A program made the translations under genes and the position numbers. Positions 1 through 9,420 of a stretch of DNA of 60,145 bases are shown here, in pieces. This DNA comes from a virus (taxonomy: Duplodnaviria > Caudoviricetes): IMG/VR virus record IMGVR_UViG_3300023293_000013, positions 1 to 60,145 of that record, one strand, 5' to 3'. How positions within the stretch are numbered: the stretch's first letter is position 1; each line of letters starts with the position of its first letter. The notes beneath the pieces were generated by a model. The model had not been told where the DNA came from, did not search any database, and saw only the letters and a program-made list of their open reading frames with translations.

Positions 1-503
1 GATATCCAGAATGGCAAGAAATGGGAGACACAGCTTCTCCGCCTGTAACAACACACTTATCTATTCCAAGTGATGCACAGGAAGAAAGAAATGGTAAGTG
101 GAGATTATCAAATGGTAACTACATAGAGAAGACCGCATATTTTTATGTGATCGTTTTAGGTGATGAGCCTAGACCTGCAGTTATTACAATGAGATCTTCT
201 AACTTAACCGCTGCCAGAGAATTAAATCAGTTGATTAAAAATCTTAGATTTAAGGATGACAAAGGCGTTTATAATCCAGCAGCATATGCAGCAGTTTATA
301 ATTTAAAAACTGTTGGTAAAGTTGCAGGAAGTAAAAGCTGGCATGTCTACAAACCCTCTATGAATAGAGCGTTAGACATATCTAAGAAAGATGACGCTGA
401 CTTATACGTAATGGCACAGGAACTACAAAAAACTGTGTCTAAGGGTTCTGCTAAACCCGAGTATGAGAAGAAGGTGGAATCTAAAACTGAGGACATTGTA
501 TAA
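1..503 (+). CDS. 5'-truncated copy of the putative ssDNA-binding protein (full copy 57226-58005)
   Basis: ORF 21-503 is almost identical to the C-terminal 160 aa of 57226-58005. Confidence 0.8.
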   Translation, partial: YPEWQEMGDTASPPVTTHLSIPSDAQEERNGKWRLSNGNYIEKTAYFYVIVLGDEPRPAVITMRSSNLTAARELNQLIKNLRFKDDKGVYNPAAYAAVYNLKTVGKVAGSKSWHVYKPSMNRALDISKKDDADLYVMAQELQKTVSKGSAKPEYEKKVESKTEDIV

Positions 504-528
504 TTCACTAAGTGAATACTTCGAAGGT

Positions 529-557
529 TGGGCGGCTACGGGAGACTGTGGCCGCCT
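529..557 (+). other. GC-rich RNA hairpin with GAGA tetraloop between the SSB and primase genes
   Basis: GGCGGCTACGG-GAGA-CTGTGGCCGCC; the variants in the second copy keep the pairing; no U tract. Confidence 0.7.
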
Positions 558-583
558 ATATAATAAAAGAATAAGGAATAGAA

Positions 584-2233
584 ATGAAAGATTTTACAGA
601 GTATTTTACAGGTTTACAAAGAGACTTTGGTTTTTGTAATATTGCTAAAGGTTACAAGGATCCAGAAACAGGAAAGATAAAATTTAATTCCGGCGATTAT
701 GGTTGGGCTGGAAAACCAATTGCAGATAAAGATTATCAAGAACATATAGATGGTATAAAATCTATAGGTATTCAACCCTGTAATGATAATGGTTATGCAA
801 GTTTTGGTGCAATAGATATTGATCCTAAGATATATAAAAATTTTGATATAAAATTTTACTTAGATATAATTCAAGCAAAAGAACTACCTTTAATTCCAAT
901 CAAATCAAAAAGTAATGGATTACATTTATATGTATTTACAGAGGAACCTGTTAAAGCTTTAGAGATAAAAGAATTTTTAGAACAGGTATTATTTTTATTT
1001 AACCTTACAATTAAAACAGAAATATTTCCTAAACAAACTAAACTAGGTGCTAATACTGAAGGTCAAAAGATGAATGGAAACTTCATTAACCTTCCATACT
1101 TTAATAAAGTAGAAAGAGTTGCATTAAATCCAGATGGTAGTGAAATGGATTTAGATACATTTTTAAAATGTGTTGAATTAAATAAAGTTAAAGTAGAACA
1201 TTTAAGAAATATAAAAGATAAAATTATTGAAGTTGAATTAAAAGGTGGTGCAGATGAATTTAAAGATGGTCCACCTTGTCTTGGAATACTAACAAAAGAA
1301 ATTATGACGGACAACAGAGACCGTTTTCTTTTTAATTATATGGTGTTTGCTAAGAAAAAGTATGCGGACAATTGGAAAACAAAAGTATTAGAAGCTGCTA
1401 GAAACTATTTTAAATTTGATCAAAACTGGACTGATGATCATGTTAAACAAAAAATAAAGAGTTGGGATAAGCCAACTGCAGGACATACCTGTCATCAAGA
1501 TCCAATTAATATTGTTTGTGTTAAATCTGAATGTGTTAAAAGAAAATATGGTATAGCTAGTGAAGCTAAAGCAAGTTGGCCTGTACTAGGTAACTTACAA
1601 AAAATAGATTTTAAACCAGATCCTGAATATTATTTTACGGTGGAGAGAGAAGATGGTGAGACTGTTCCTGTTCATGCAAAAGATGTAAATAAAATAAAAG
1701 AACAAAAAGAAATGCGTGGTTTAATTATGGCCCAAGCTGATATTCCTCCTCCACCTATTAAAGGAATGGAATTTTTTGAGATTATAAAATCATTATTTTC
1801 TAACATTGATATAGTGCAACCGGCTCCAGGAACCAGGCCTCATGAGATATTACATAAGCATTTAAATAATTTTGTTAATGGTTCAAAGGCTACTAACTAT
1901 CATTCATTTAAAAGTGGAAACGTTTTTAAAGATGAGGTGTACTCATATTTTGTTTATGATGAGTTCTATATTTATTTAAAAGAAAGAGAATGGAAAAAAG
2001 ATTCTTCAAGAACTTCTCATATGATTGAAAAATTATTTGATAAAGAAGAATTTAAAGGTAAACCTAAACCAGAATTTAATAAGAAGAAAAGATTTCCAGG
2101 TAAGGATAAGAAAACAAATAAACCTTTTCCAGGTGTAGGTGGATGTGCAATGGTACCCTTATATATAATTGAAAAAGAAGATGATGATGTAGAAGATATT
2201 TTACATATAGAAGATCAGGAGGATATTGTTTAA
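584..2233 (+). CDS. Archaeo-eukaryotic-type primase (prim-pol)
   Basis: hhDhD motif GAIDID, SKSNGLHLY motif, Cys-containing PriL/PriCT-like region; lies upstream of helicase and PolA. Confidence 0.75.
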   Translation: MKDFTEYFTGLQRDFGFCNIAKGYKDPETGKIKFNSGDYGWAGKPIADKDYQEHIDGIKSIGIQPCNDNGYASFGAIDIDPKIYKNFDIKFYLDIIQAKELPLIPIKSKSNGLHLYVFTEEPVKALEIKEFLEQVLFLFNLTIKTEIFPKQTKLGANTEGQKMNGNFINLPYFNKVERVALNPDGSEMDLDTFLKCVELNKVKVEHLRNIKDKIIEVELKGGADEFKDGPPCLGILTKEIMTDNRDRFLFNYMVFAKKKYADNWKTKVLEAARNYFKFDQNWTDDHVKQKIKSWDKPTAGHTCHQDPINIVCVKSECVKRKYGIASEAKASWPVLGNLQKIDFKPDPEYYFTVEREDGETVPVHAKDVNKIKEQKEMRGLIMAQADIPPPPIKGMEFFEIIKSLFSNIDIVQPAPGTRPHEILHKHLNNFVNGSKATNYHSFKSGNVFKDEVYSYFVYDEFYIYLKEREWKKDSSRTSHMIEKLFDKEEFKGKPKPEFNKKKRFPGKDKKTNKPFPGVGGCAMVPLYIIEKEDDDVEDILHIEDQEDIV

Positions 2234-3657
2234 TGATATATAAATTTTTTGGACCACCGGGTACAGGTAAAACTCATAAATTAATATCTAGAGCTAAAGC
2301 TTATGTTAGAATTGGTACACCTCTTCATAAGATTGGTTACTTTGCATTTACTAAAAAAGCTGCATTAGAAGCTAAAAAGAGAATGCCTGCAGAAGATAAA
2401 AAACTTCCATACTTTCAAACTCTCCATTCGTTTGCTTACCATCAATTAACATTAAATGAAGAAGATGTTATGCAACCTTTTCATTATGAAGAACTTGGAA
2501 AATTATTAAATGTTAAAGTTAAATACTATGACAAATATAATAAAGATGAAGTTAGTTTCTTAAATTGTGATAGTCCCTATTTTCAAATGATAGGTAAAGC
2601 TATGAATAGAGACGTAGATATTAGAGAAGAATTTGATAGGAACGAACACAACAGTAAAGAAATTAAATGGCATTTATTAAAACATATAGATGACAATTTA
2701 AAAGTTTATAAACAAAAAAGAAAACTATTAGACTTTAATGATATGATTAAAAGTTTAATTAACAAACAGAAACTACCTAAATTTAAAGTTATATTTATAG
2801 ATGAAGCTCAAGATCTATCACCTTTACAATGGCAACTGTTTGATAAATTAAAAGAATATGCTGATGATATTTATTTAGCAGGAGATGATGACCAAGCAAT
2901 CTATGCATGGGCTGGAGCAGATGTAGAAAGATTTATAAAAGAACCTGCAAAAGAAACAGTGTTAAAGTATTCAAAAAGAATATCTAAATCAGTTCAAGAA
3001 CAATCAGAACTACCTATTGAAAAAATTATAGGACACAGAAAAGAAAAGAAATATTATCCAAGAGATTTTGAAGGACACACTGAAAACATAAATAACTTAG
3101 ATCAAATAGATTTAACAAAAGGTAAATGGTTAATTCTAACTAGAACCATATCTAGACTAATGAAAATAAAAGATGAATTAATAAAAAGAAATTTATATTT
3201 TGAAAGTAAAAAAGGTAAGAGTTTTAAAGTAAGATTATACAAAGCCGCAATGAATTATGATTTATGGTGTAAGGGTAAAATATTAGATGAGAAAGATGTT
3301 AAAGATATTAATGAATTTACAGGTAAAGAAGAATGGGACAGAGAGATTGATTGGTTTAATGCATTTGAAGAAGCAGATGAAACCGAAAGACTTTATATAA
3401 AAAACATGATTGATAATGGAGAAAATTTAAATGAACCTGCCAGAATATGGATATCTACTATCCATGCTAGTAAAGGTGGGGAAGAAGATAACGTAATTTT
3501 ATGTCTTGATATTGGAGATAAAATAAAAAAAGCTATGTTGAAAAGCGTAGACAAACATGATGAAGAACATCGTGTTTGGTATGTGGGAATAACACGTGCC
3601 AGGAATAATCTATATAAACTAAAAGCTAACTTAAAAAGGAATGAGTATAAACTATGA
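2233..3657 (+). CDS. SF1 UvrD/Rep/PcrA-like helicase
   Basis: GPPGTGKT, IDEAQD, GDDDQAIY, STIHASKGGE, YVGITRA. Confidence 0.92.
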   Translation: MIYKFFGPPGTGKTHKLISRAKAYVRIGTPLHKIGYFAFTKKAALEAKKRMPAEDKKLPYFQTLHSFAYHQLTLNEEDVMQPFHYEELGKLLNVKVKYYDKYNKDEVSFLNCDSPYFQMIGKAMNRDVDIREEFDRNEHNSKEIKWHLLKHIDDNLKVYKQKRKLLDFNDMIKSLINKQKLPKFKVIFIDEAQDLSPLQWQLFDKLKEYADDIYLAGDDDQAIYAWAGADVERFIKEPAKETVLKYSKRISKSVQEQSELPIEKIIGHRKEKKYYPRDFEGHTENINNLDQIDLTKGKWLILTRTISRLMKIKDELIKRNLYFESKKGKSFKVRLYKAAMNYDLWCKGKILDEKDVKDINEFTGKEEWDREIDWFNAFEEADETERLYIKNMIDNGENLNEPARIWISTIHASKGGEEDNVILCLDIGDKIKKAMLKSVDKHDEEHRVWYVGITRARNNLYKLKANLKRNEYKL

Positions 3658-3902
3658 CACATAAAGACATGTTTGAAGGCACATTTCCACAAGATAAACA
3701 AATCGGTGGATCACACTATAAAAAATTTAAAATTCAACCTTATGAGTTTATATCTCACAACGACTTGAGTTTCTTTCAAGGAAATGTTATCAAGTATGTG
3801 TGTCGTTATATGAATAAAAATGGCATACAAGATTTAGAGAAAGTAATTCATTATTGTGAATTAGAAATTAAAAAAATGAAAGATAACAAAGGAAAAAAAT
3901 GA
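3654..3902 (+). CDS. DUF3310 / T7 gp1.7-like putative nucleotide kinase
   Basis: QIGGSHY...IQP...GNVIKYVCRY..KNGIQDLEK..HY signature. Confidence 0.85.
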   Translation: MTHKDMFEGTFPQDKQIGGSHYKKFKIQPYEFISHNDLSFFQGNVIKYVCRYMNKNGIQDLEKVIHYCELEIKKMKDNKGKK

Positions 3903-4138
3903 AAAGAATTAATCACAGTGATCTAACACATTATTTTATTGCTATCTATGATAAGACAGTCAAAAAATTACCTGTTTCATATATAAAATCATGTAATGAA
4001 TGGGTAGCTAAAAATGGTATAGACCTTCAAATTTATAAATATATGACTATAAAAGAATGGAGAAAAGCTAGAAAAAATTTTGAGGAAAATGGATATCCTT
4101 GGGAGAAAAAAAATAGAAATAAAAAGGAAAAAAAATAA
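3899..4138 (+). CDS. Small hypothetical protein
   Basis: Translationally coupled ORF; shares the motif I...DL..YF...LP..Y.K.C.E with 15132-15278. Confidence 0.65.
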   Translation: MKRINHSDLTHYFIAIYDKTVKKLPVSYIKSCNEWVAKNGIDLQIYKYMTIKEWRKARKNFEENGYPWEKKNRNKKEKK

Positions 4139-6075
4139 TGATTATACCAACTACAGAATGGTTAACACCAACAGAATTTCCTGACCTAAGAAAATACGAT
4201 GAGATTGCGATTGACTTAGAAACAAGAGATCCAGATTTAAAGAGTAAGGGTTCAGGGGCCATTATAGGTAATGGTGAAGTTGTAGGTATAGCTGTCGCTG
4301 TAGAAGGTTGGAAAGGTTATTATCCAATTGCTCATGAAGCAGGTCCAAACATGGATCGTAAAAAAGTATTAGAATGGTTTAAAGATATCTGTGAATGTCC
4401 TGCTACAAAAATATTTCATAATGCAATGTATGATGTATCTTGGATTCGTAATTTAGGTATAAAAATCAATGGTTTAATCATAGATACTATGATTGCTGCA
4501 TCTATTATTGATGAGAATAGATTTCAATATTCATTGAATTCTTTATCTTGGGTTTATTTAAATCAAGGTAAGAATGAAGCTCTATTAACTAAAGCTGCTA
4601 AAGAAAGAGGATTAGATCCTAAAGCAGATATGTGGAGATTACCTTCAACAGAAGTTGGTGGTTATGCAGAAAAAGATGCTGAACTAACTTTAATGTTGTG
4701 GCAAAAATTTAAGAAAATAATTATAGAAGATGATCTTCAAAATATATTTAATTTAGAAACTGATCTTTTCCCTTGCCTAGTCGACATGCGTTTTTTAGGA
4801 GTAAGAGTAGACGTTCAAAAAGCTCATACACTGAAGACAGCATTAAGAATAAAAGAAGAAAACTTAATCCAACAGATAAAAATAGAAACTGGAATAGAAG
4901 TTCAGCTAATGGCTGCACGAAGTATTGCACCACTTTTTGATAAATTGAATTTACCTTATGAGCGAACTGAGAAAACAGGTGAACCTTCATTTACTAAAAA
5001 CTTTCTTGTGAATCATAATCATCCAGTAGTTAACATGATAGCAGAAGCAAGAAAAATAAACAAGGTTAGAACTACATTTATAGATTCAATTATTAAACAT
5101 GAACATAAGGGTAGAATTCATGCTGACATAAATCAAATTAGATCTGATGATGGAGGAACGGTTACGGGAAGATTCTCATATTCTAATCCAAACTTACAAC
5201 AAATTCCAGCCAGGGATCCGGAAACAGGTCCATTAATTAGATCTTTATTTATTCCAGATGAAGGTTGTAAGTGGGGAACATTTGATTACTCACAACAGGA
5301 ACCAAGATTGGTTACTCATTACGCATCAAGATTTGGTTTATCATCTGTAGAACCAGTTGCTAATGCTTATGACCAGGATCCAACTACGGACTTTCATAAA
5401 ACCGTAGCACAATTAGCTAACATAGATCGTAAAGAAGCTAAAACAATTAACTTAGGTTTATTCTACGGTATGGGTAAAGCAAAACTAATGAATGAGTTGA
5501 GTGTAACTAAAGAAAAAGCTGATGAATTATTTGCTAACTATCACAACATGGTTCCATTCGTTAAACAATTGATGAATAAGTTAATGAATGCTTCTCAAAC
5601 TAAAGGTCAAATAAAAACATTACTTGGAAGACGTTGTAGGTTTCCTAAATATGAACCAATTCTTAGAGGAAGTGATTGGGGAACTTTTGTTCATGCCGAA
5701 GATCATGAGAGAATGGAAGAATTAAAAGATATGGGTCCTTATTTAAAAGATCATGAAGATAATTTTATTACTGATGAAGATGGTAATAAAAGAAAAAATT
5801 ATTGGCATGGTAATCCTACAAGAAGAGCCTTTACTTATAAAGCATTAAATAAATTAATTCAAGGTAGTGCTGCGGATATGACTAAAAAAGCAATGGTTGA
5901 CCTATATAAAGAGGGTCATTTAGCTCATATACAAATCCACGATGAACTTGATTTTTCTATTGAATCAGATTCACAAGCTGATAAAATAAAAGACATAATG
6001 GAAAAAGCTGTAGAGCTTAAAGTTCCAAACAAAGTTGATTATGAGTCTGGACCTAACTGGGGAGAGATTAAATAA
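4138..6075 (+). CDS. polA: Family A DNA polymerase with 3'-5' exonuclease (Leu762 type)
   Basis: DLET/HNAMYD exonuclease motifs; DYSQQEPR motif A; KTINLGLFYGMG motif B; QIHDEL motif C. Confidence 0.96.
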   Translation: MIIPTTEWLTPTEFPDLRKYDEIAIDLETRDPDLKSKGSGAIIGNGEVVGIAVAVEGWKGYYPIAHEAGPNMDRKKVLEWFKDICECPATKIFHNAMYDVSWIRNLGIKINGLIIDTMIAASIIDENRFQYSLNSLSWVYLNQGKNEALLTKAAKERGLDPKADMWRLPSTEVGGYAEKDAELTLMLWQKFKKIIIEDDLQNIFNLETDLFPCLVDMRFLGVRVDVQKAHTLKTALRIKEENLIQQIKIETGIEVQLMAARSIAPLFDKLNLPYERTEKTGEPSFTKNFLVNHNHPVVNMIAEARKINKVRTTFIDSIIKHEHKGRIHADINQIRSDDGGTVTGRFSYSNPNLQQIPARDPETGPLIRSLFIPDEGCKWGTFDYSQQEPRLVTHYASRFGLSSVEPVANAYDQDPTTDFHKTVAQLANIDRKEAKTINLGLFYGMGKAKLMNELSVTKEKADELFANYHNMVPFVKQLMNKLMNASQTKGQIKTLLGRRCRFPKYEPILRGSDWGTFVHAEDHERMEELKDMGPYLKDHEDNFITDEDGNKRKNYWHGNPTRRAFTYKALNKLIQGSAADMTKKAMVDLYKEGHLAHIQIHDELDFSIESDSQADKIKDIMEKAVELKVPNKVDYESGPNWGEIK

Positions 6076-6087
6076 TGGGAGTCTTTT

Positions 6088-6246
6088 ATGAGTTTAAATA
6101 TATGCAAAATGTGCAAACGTGCACTTCGTAGTTTAAATACATGTGCAATTAAAAATTGTATACAGGGTTTAAATCCTATAGTTTTAAAAGAAGATATCAA
6201 GATTAAGAAATCTTGGTGGCAAACAATCCTTAACTGGTTTAAATAA
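6088..6246 (+). CDS. Small Cys-containing protein (52 aa)
   Basis: Manual translation MSLNICKMCKR...KSWWQTILNWFK; GGAG upstream; below the ORF-track cutoff. Confidence 0.55.
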   Translation: MSLNICKMCKRALRSLNTCAIKNCIQGLNPIVLKEDIKIKKSWWQTILNWFK

Positions 6247-6247
6247 C

Positions 6248-6409
6248 ATGTTTGTAAAGTGCAAAACTTGCGGCCATGGGTGTCATTGCAGTGAGGATAA
6301 AATAGATTCTGAACATTACACACCATTAATGGATTTGTGTGAGTGTAAAAAATGTCTTCATGAAGCAAAAAAAGAAATTGAATACGAGGAGTGTTTATCA
6401 TGTCAATAA
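6248..6409 (+). CDS. Cys/His-rich, metallothionein-like small protein (53 aa)
   Basis: MFVKCKTCGHGCHCS...CECKKC...EECLSCQ; 9 Cys and 4 His. Confidence 0.6.
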   Translation: MFVKCKTCGHGCHCSEDKIDSEHYTPLMDLCECKKCLHEAKKEIEYEECLSCQ

Positions 6410-6423
6410 TGGAGTGTGCCCGG

Positions 6424-6510
6424 ATGGAACCAGATATTAATTACAAATTTACAGCTTTATTAATTGTGGCTATTTGTATTTTAGCATTGTTTGGTGGACC
6501 ACCAAGATGA
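6424..6510 (+). CDS. Small membrane peptide (28 aa)
   Basis: MEPDINYKFTALLIVAICILALFGGPPR; GGAG upstream; ATGA overlap with the next gene. Confidence 0.45.
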   Translation: MEPDINYKFTALLIVAICILALFGGPPR

Positions 6511-6719
6511 AATTTATTTTAGTAATATTTTTATGTTCTTTTGTTGATAATCAATGTTTACCTCCAGTGGAAATTAAACCACCCTATAATTCATGGAAAG
6601 AATGTACTATTGCTGCATACGAATTATCTAGAGAACTAATACTTGCACAAGAAGAAAAGTTTGTTAATAAAAATAAATTATCCACTAAATTTACATGCAC
6701 AGAAGTAGGTATAATTTAA
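6507..6719 (+). CDS. Small secreted/membrane protein
   Basis: Start corrected to MKFILVIFLC; hydrophobic N-terminus, paired Cys. Confidence 0.6.
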   Translation: MKFILVIFLCSFVDNQCLPPVEIKPPYNSWKECTIAAYELSRELILAQEEKFVNKNKLSTKFTCTEVGII

Positions 6720-6908
6720 ATGAGTAGAAAAACCAACACTGCCTTAATTGCCTTATTAGGTACAATCCTTATGGGATTAGCTACATGGACTTTAATCACA
6801 CTTATAGAACTTCAATTAACAGTAACCATGATCCAGTCGGACCTGATGTCTATTGACAAGCAATTTGGTAGAGTTTATAATTTCATCGATTCCGTTAGAG
6901 GAAAATAA
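6720..6908 (+). CDS. Single-TM protein next to the endolysin (possible lysis accessory)
   Basis: N-terminal TM helix followed by a coiled coil; coupled to the M15 peptidase gene. Confidence 0.55.
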   Translation: MSRKTNTALIALLGTILMGLATWTLITLIELQLTVTMIQSDLMSIDKQFGRVYNFIDSVRGK

Positions 6909-7387
6909 TGAACCTTTCCAGAAATTTTACCCTTCAAGAACTGACCAAATCGGACACAGCTGTCCGTAAGGGCATAGATAATAATCCAAACTCAGATCAA
7001 ATAGCAAAACTACAATTACTTTGTGAAAATATTTTACAACCGGTTCGAGATCATTTTGGTCCTGTGGTTGTGACATCCGGCTATAGGTCTCCGGAGTTAT
7101 CAGTTGCAATAGGTAGTTCAGTTAACAGTCAGCACTGTGATGCAGAAGCCATCGATTTTGAATGTCCAGGAGTAGATAATGCTGAGCTATGTGATTGGAT
7201 CTATAAAAATTTAGACTATGATCAAATGATCCTCGAGTACTATAAGCCCGGAGAACCTAGTTCTGGATGGTGCCATTGCTCATATATCGTTGATAAACCT
7301 AGAAAACAATTCTTACTTGCATACCGTAGTGAGAATGGTACAACAAAATATAAACCTATTTTAGGTAAAGCAGTAGATTTAACATGA
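6908..7387 (+). CDS. Peptidase M15A family endolysin
   Basis: SGYRS...SQH...A.DF...WCHCS zinc D-Ala-D-Ala peptidase motifs. Confidence 0.88.
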   Translation: MNLSRNFTLQELTKSDTAVRKGIDNNPNSDQIAKLQLLCENILQPVRDHFGPVVVTSGYRSPELSVAIGSSVNSQHCDAEAIDFECPGVDNAELCDWIYKNLDYDQMILEYYKPGEPSSGWCHCSYIVDKPRKQFLLAYRSENGTTKYKPILGKAVDLT

Positions 7388-7599
7388 GTAAATTAACTAA
7401 AATATTTAATAAAATAGACACTGTTAATGGTATCTGTGAAGAATGCCAAGAAGATACAATTTTAGTTGCAATCGTATCGGATTATTATAGATGTACTGGT
7501 TGTGGACATGATACCAGACAATATATTAATGGTAGAATTAGATACTTAAAATTAGATGAATCTGACAAGGAGTGGATTAAAGAAAATCATATTAAATAA
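7384..7599 (+). CDS. Zinc-ribbon small protein
   Basis: CEEC...CTGC. Confidence 0.65.
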   Translation: MSKLTKIFNKIDTVNGICEECQEDTILVAIVSDYYRCTGCGHDTRQYINGRIRYLKLDESDKEWIKENHIK

Positions 7600-7736
7600 T
7601 GGATAAGAAAAAAATTTTAAAAAAACATAGTAAACATCACAGCGCAAAACATATGAAACAAATGAAAGTTGATATGAAAAAAGGTGATTCATTTACAAAA
7701 GCTCACAAAAAGGCTCTTAAAAAAGTCGGTAAATAG
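7599..7736 (+). CDS. Small basic His/Lys-rich protein (45 aa)
   Basis: Manual translation MDKKKILKKHSKHHSAKHMK...KVGK; TAATG coupling. Confidence 0.6.
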   Translation: MDKKKILKKHSKHHSAKHMKQMKVDMKKGDSFTKAHKKALKKVGK

Positions 7737-7873
7737 TGGCTAAAAAATTTAAGGAACATCACGAACGAGATAAGCCTAAAAAAAGAGGCCCTCGAAAACA
7801 TAAAAAATCTCTAAACAAAGATGAGAAGCGACAAAAACGTACTAAGCGTTACAAAGGCCAAGGTAAAGGCTAA
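7736..7873 (+). CDS. Small highly basic protein (45 aa, GTG start)
   Basis: MAKKFKEHH...KRYKGQGKG; TAGTG coupling. Confidence 0.55.
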   Translation: MAKKFKEHHERDKPKKRGPRKHKKSLNKDEKRQKRTKRYKGQGKG

Positions 7874-7901
7874 AGGGTTCCGGCTTCAGGGATCTTTTTA
7901 T

Positions 7902-7929
7902 TTGACAAATTATTATAAATAACTATAAT
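7902..7929 (+). promoter_or_regulatory. Sigma70-type promoter
   Basis: TTGACA-16 nt-TATAAT, downstream of a terminator-like hairpin (7872-7899). Confidence 0.75.
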
Positions 7930-7976
7930 AATCCTATATAAGTTACTAAATAAATAAAGAAAGAAAAGGAAAAATA

Positions 7977-8156
7977 ATGACTGATATAAGTAAATACAAA
8001 TCTGTTGCCCTCTCACATGTTTCATGTGCGAAGCTAGATAAGATAAGAAAGGTAATTGTACCGTTAGTAGAAGTCTCACGTGCAAAAACATTAGATATAC
8101 TAATCAACGAGAAAGCGAAAAAATTAAATGGCAAACTTAAATTCAAAAACTCTTAA
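7977..8156 (+). CDS. Putative ribbon-helix-helix regulator (59 aa)
   Basis: Manual translation MTDISKYKSVALSH...; AAGGA RBS; first gene after the promoter; beta-alpha-alpha pattern inferred. Confidence 0.6.
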   Translation: MTDISKYKSVALSHVSCAKLDKIRKVIVPLVEVSRAKTLDILINEKAKKLNGKLKFKNS

Positions 8157-8502
8157 AGAACACGAAGACTTTAATCCAATACGTAATTTATGGCGTAATG
8201 TTTTAATTGTTGCAATTGAAGATGTAATTAAAGCAACTAAAGTTTTAGTTAGAGCAAATACATTTGAAGTTACAGATAAATTTAAAAACTATTACTCTCA
8301 TGCACAAAGAACTGAGTTAGAATATTTTACAGTACCTAACAAAGATTTTTATGACCTCTGTCAATTTGCAGAAATAGATCATACGCAAGTAAGACGTAAT
8401 GTTATTAAAAGAGTAAAACAAATACAACTGAAAGAAGGAAAGAATGGAAAAAGTTATATGCCAGGACTGCAGGGGCAACGGTTATATCAAAACTCTCTTT
8501 GA
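8128..8502 (+). CDS. Hypothetical protein
   Basis: ORF track; operon context. Confidence 0.65.
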   Translation: MANLNSKTLKEHEDFNPIRNLWRNVLIVAIEDVIKATKVLVRANTFEVTDKFKNYYSHAQRTELEYFTVPNKDFYDLCQFAEIDHTQVRRNVIKRVKQIQLKEGKNGKSYMPGLQGQRLYQNSL

Positions 8503-8758
8503 AGAAGGTAGAGAAGAGTTAATTATTGATTGTAAAAAATGTAAAAACCAAGGAGAAATTATGATGGATAAAGAACGATTAGAATCAATTTTAAATAAAA
8601 GTAATACTTCAGTTAATACTGAAAGATTAATTTTAGATTCTAAATTAGTAAAAGAACTAAATGGTATTATTAAAAAACTAAATGATGAAGTCGATATGTT
8701 AACTAAACAAAAAGTATTTCTACAATCTAAAATAAGACAAGATGAAAAAAAAACATAA
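8444..8758 (+). CDS. DnaJ-like zinc finger plus coiled-coil protein
   Basis: CQDCRGNG...CKKCKNQG. Confidence 0.7.
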   Translation: MEKVICQDCRGNGYIKTLFEEGREELIIDCKKCKNQGEIMMDKERLESILNKSNTSVNTERLILDSKLVKELNGIIKKLNDEVDMLTKQKVFLQSKIRQDEKKT

Positions 8759-9212
8759 TAAAGCTGATGTAATTATGAAATATAATAATTCTGAAAGGGG
8801 TTATTTAGTTAATAGTATAGGGTGTATGTTTAAACCTTCTGTCATTAAAAGAAAGGGAAGAGTCCCTGAAATTACTAGAGAACAAATATACCAAAAATTA
8901 ATGTTACACATTGAATATATGAAAGATAAATTTCCTGGAAGTGATGGTAGAATTTGTGAATACTGTAGTAAACCATGGACCTACATAACACATACTAATG
9001 GATGTATAACTGGAGAAGGACCTAGAAAAAAAAGTAATGCTACAACTAGTAATTTTTCAATTGATAGATTAGATAATGATTCAACTTACACTGAAAATAA
9101 TATTGTATTTTGTTGTGGTAATTGTAATAATATAAAAAATCAAGTAACTCTTAAAATGTGTGAAAAAATTTTAGAAATAAAAAAGGAAAGAGATGGAAGA
9201 AATAAAAACTAA
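8742..9212 (+). CDS. HNH/His-Me-type endonuclease-like protein
   Basis: CEYC...SIDRLDN...YTENNIVFCCGNCNNIK. Confidence 0.75.
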   Translation: MKKKHNKADVIMKYNNSERGYLVNSIGCMFKPSVIKRKGRVPEITREQIYQKLMLHIEYMKDKFPGSDGRICEYCSKPWTYITHTNGCITGEGPRKKSNATTSNFSIDRLDNDSTYTENNIVFCCGNCNNIKNQVTLKMCEKILEIKKERDGRNKN

Positions 9213-9420
9213 AGAAGATTATATTGAGAATAGAAAATTATTAAAAATAAGATTAGATGATCTTGATTCTTATGACGAACAAGAATGGATTGATATGAGA
9301 AGACATATGTATAGAAATTCAAGAAAATTATGGAGTAAAGACATGGATACTTTTAAATATAAATGTAGAATTAATTGTGCTGAGCAATTAGGTTTTGATA
9401 AAAGAATAATATTACACTAA
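9193..9420 (+). CDS. Hypothetical protein
   Basis: ORF track; AAGGA RBS. Confidence 0.55.
   Translation: MEEIKTKEDYIENRKLLKIRLDDLDSYDEQEWIDMRRHMYRNSRKLWSKDMDTFKYKCRINCAEQLGFDKRIILH

Larger units (their letters stand above)
1..2643 (+). repeat. Imperfect terminal direct repeat, left copy (pairs with 57503-60145)
   Basis: Position 1 (gatatccagaatggcaag) recurs at 57503; constant offset 57502 to the window end; copies differ by many substitutions. Confidence 0.95.
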
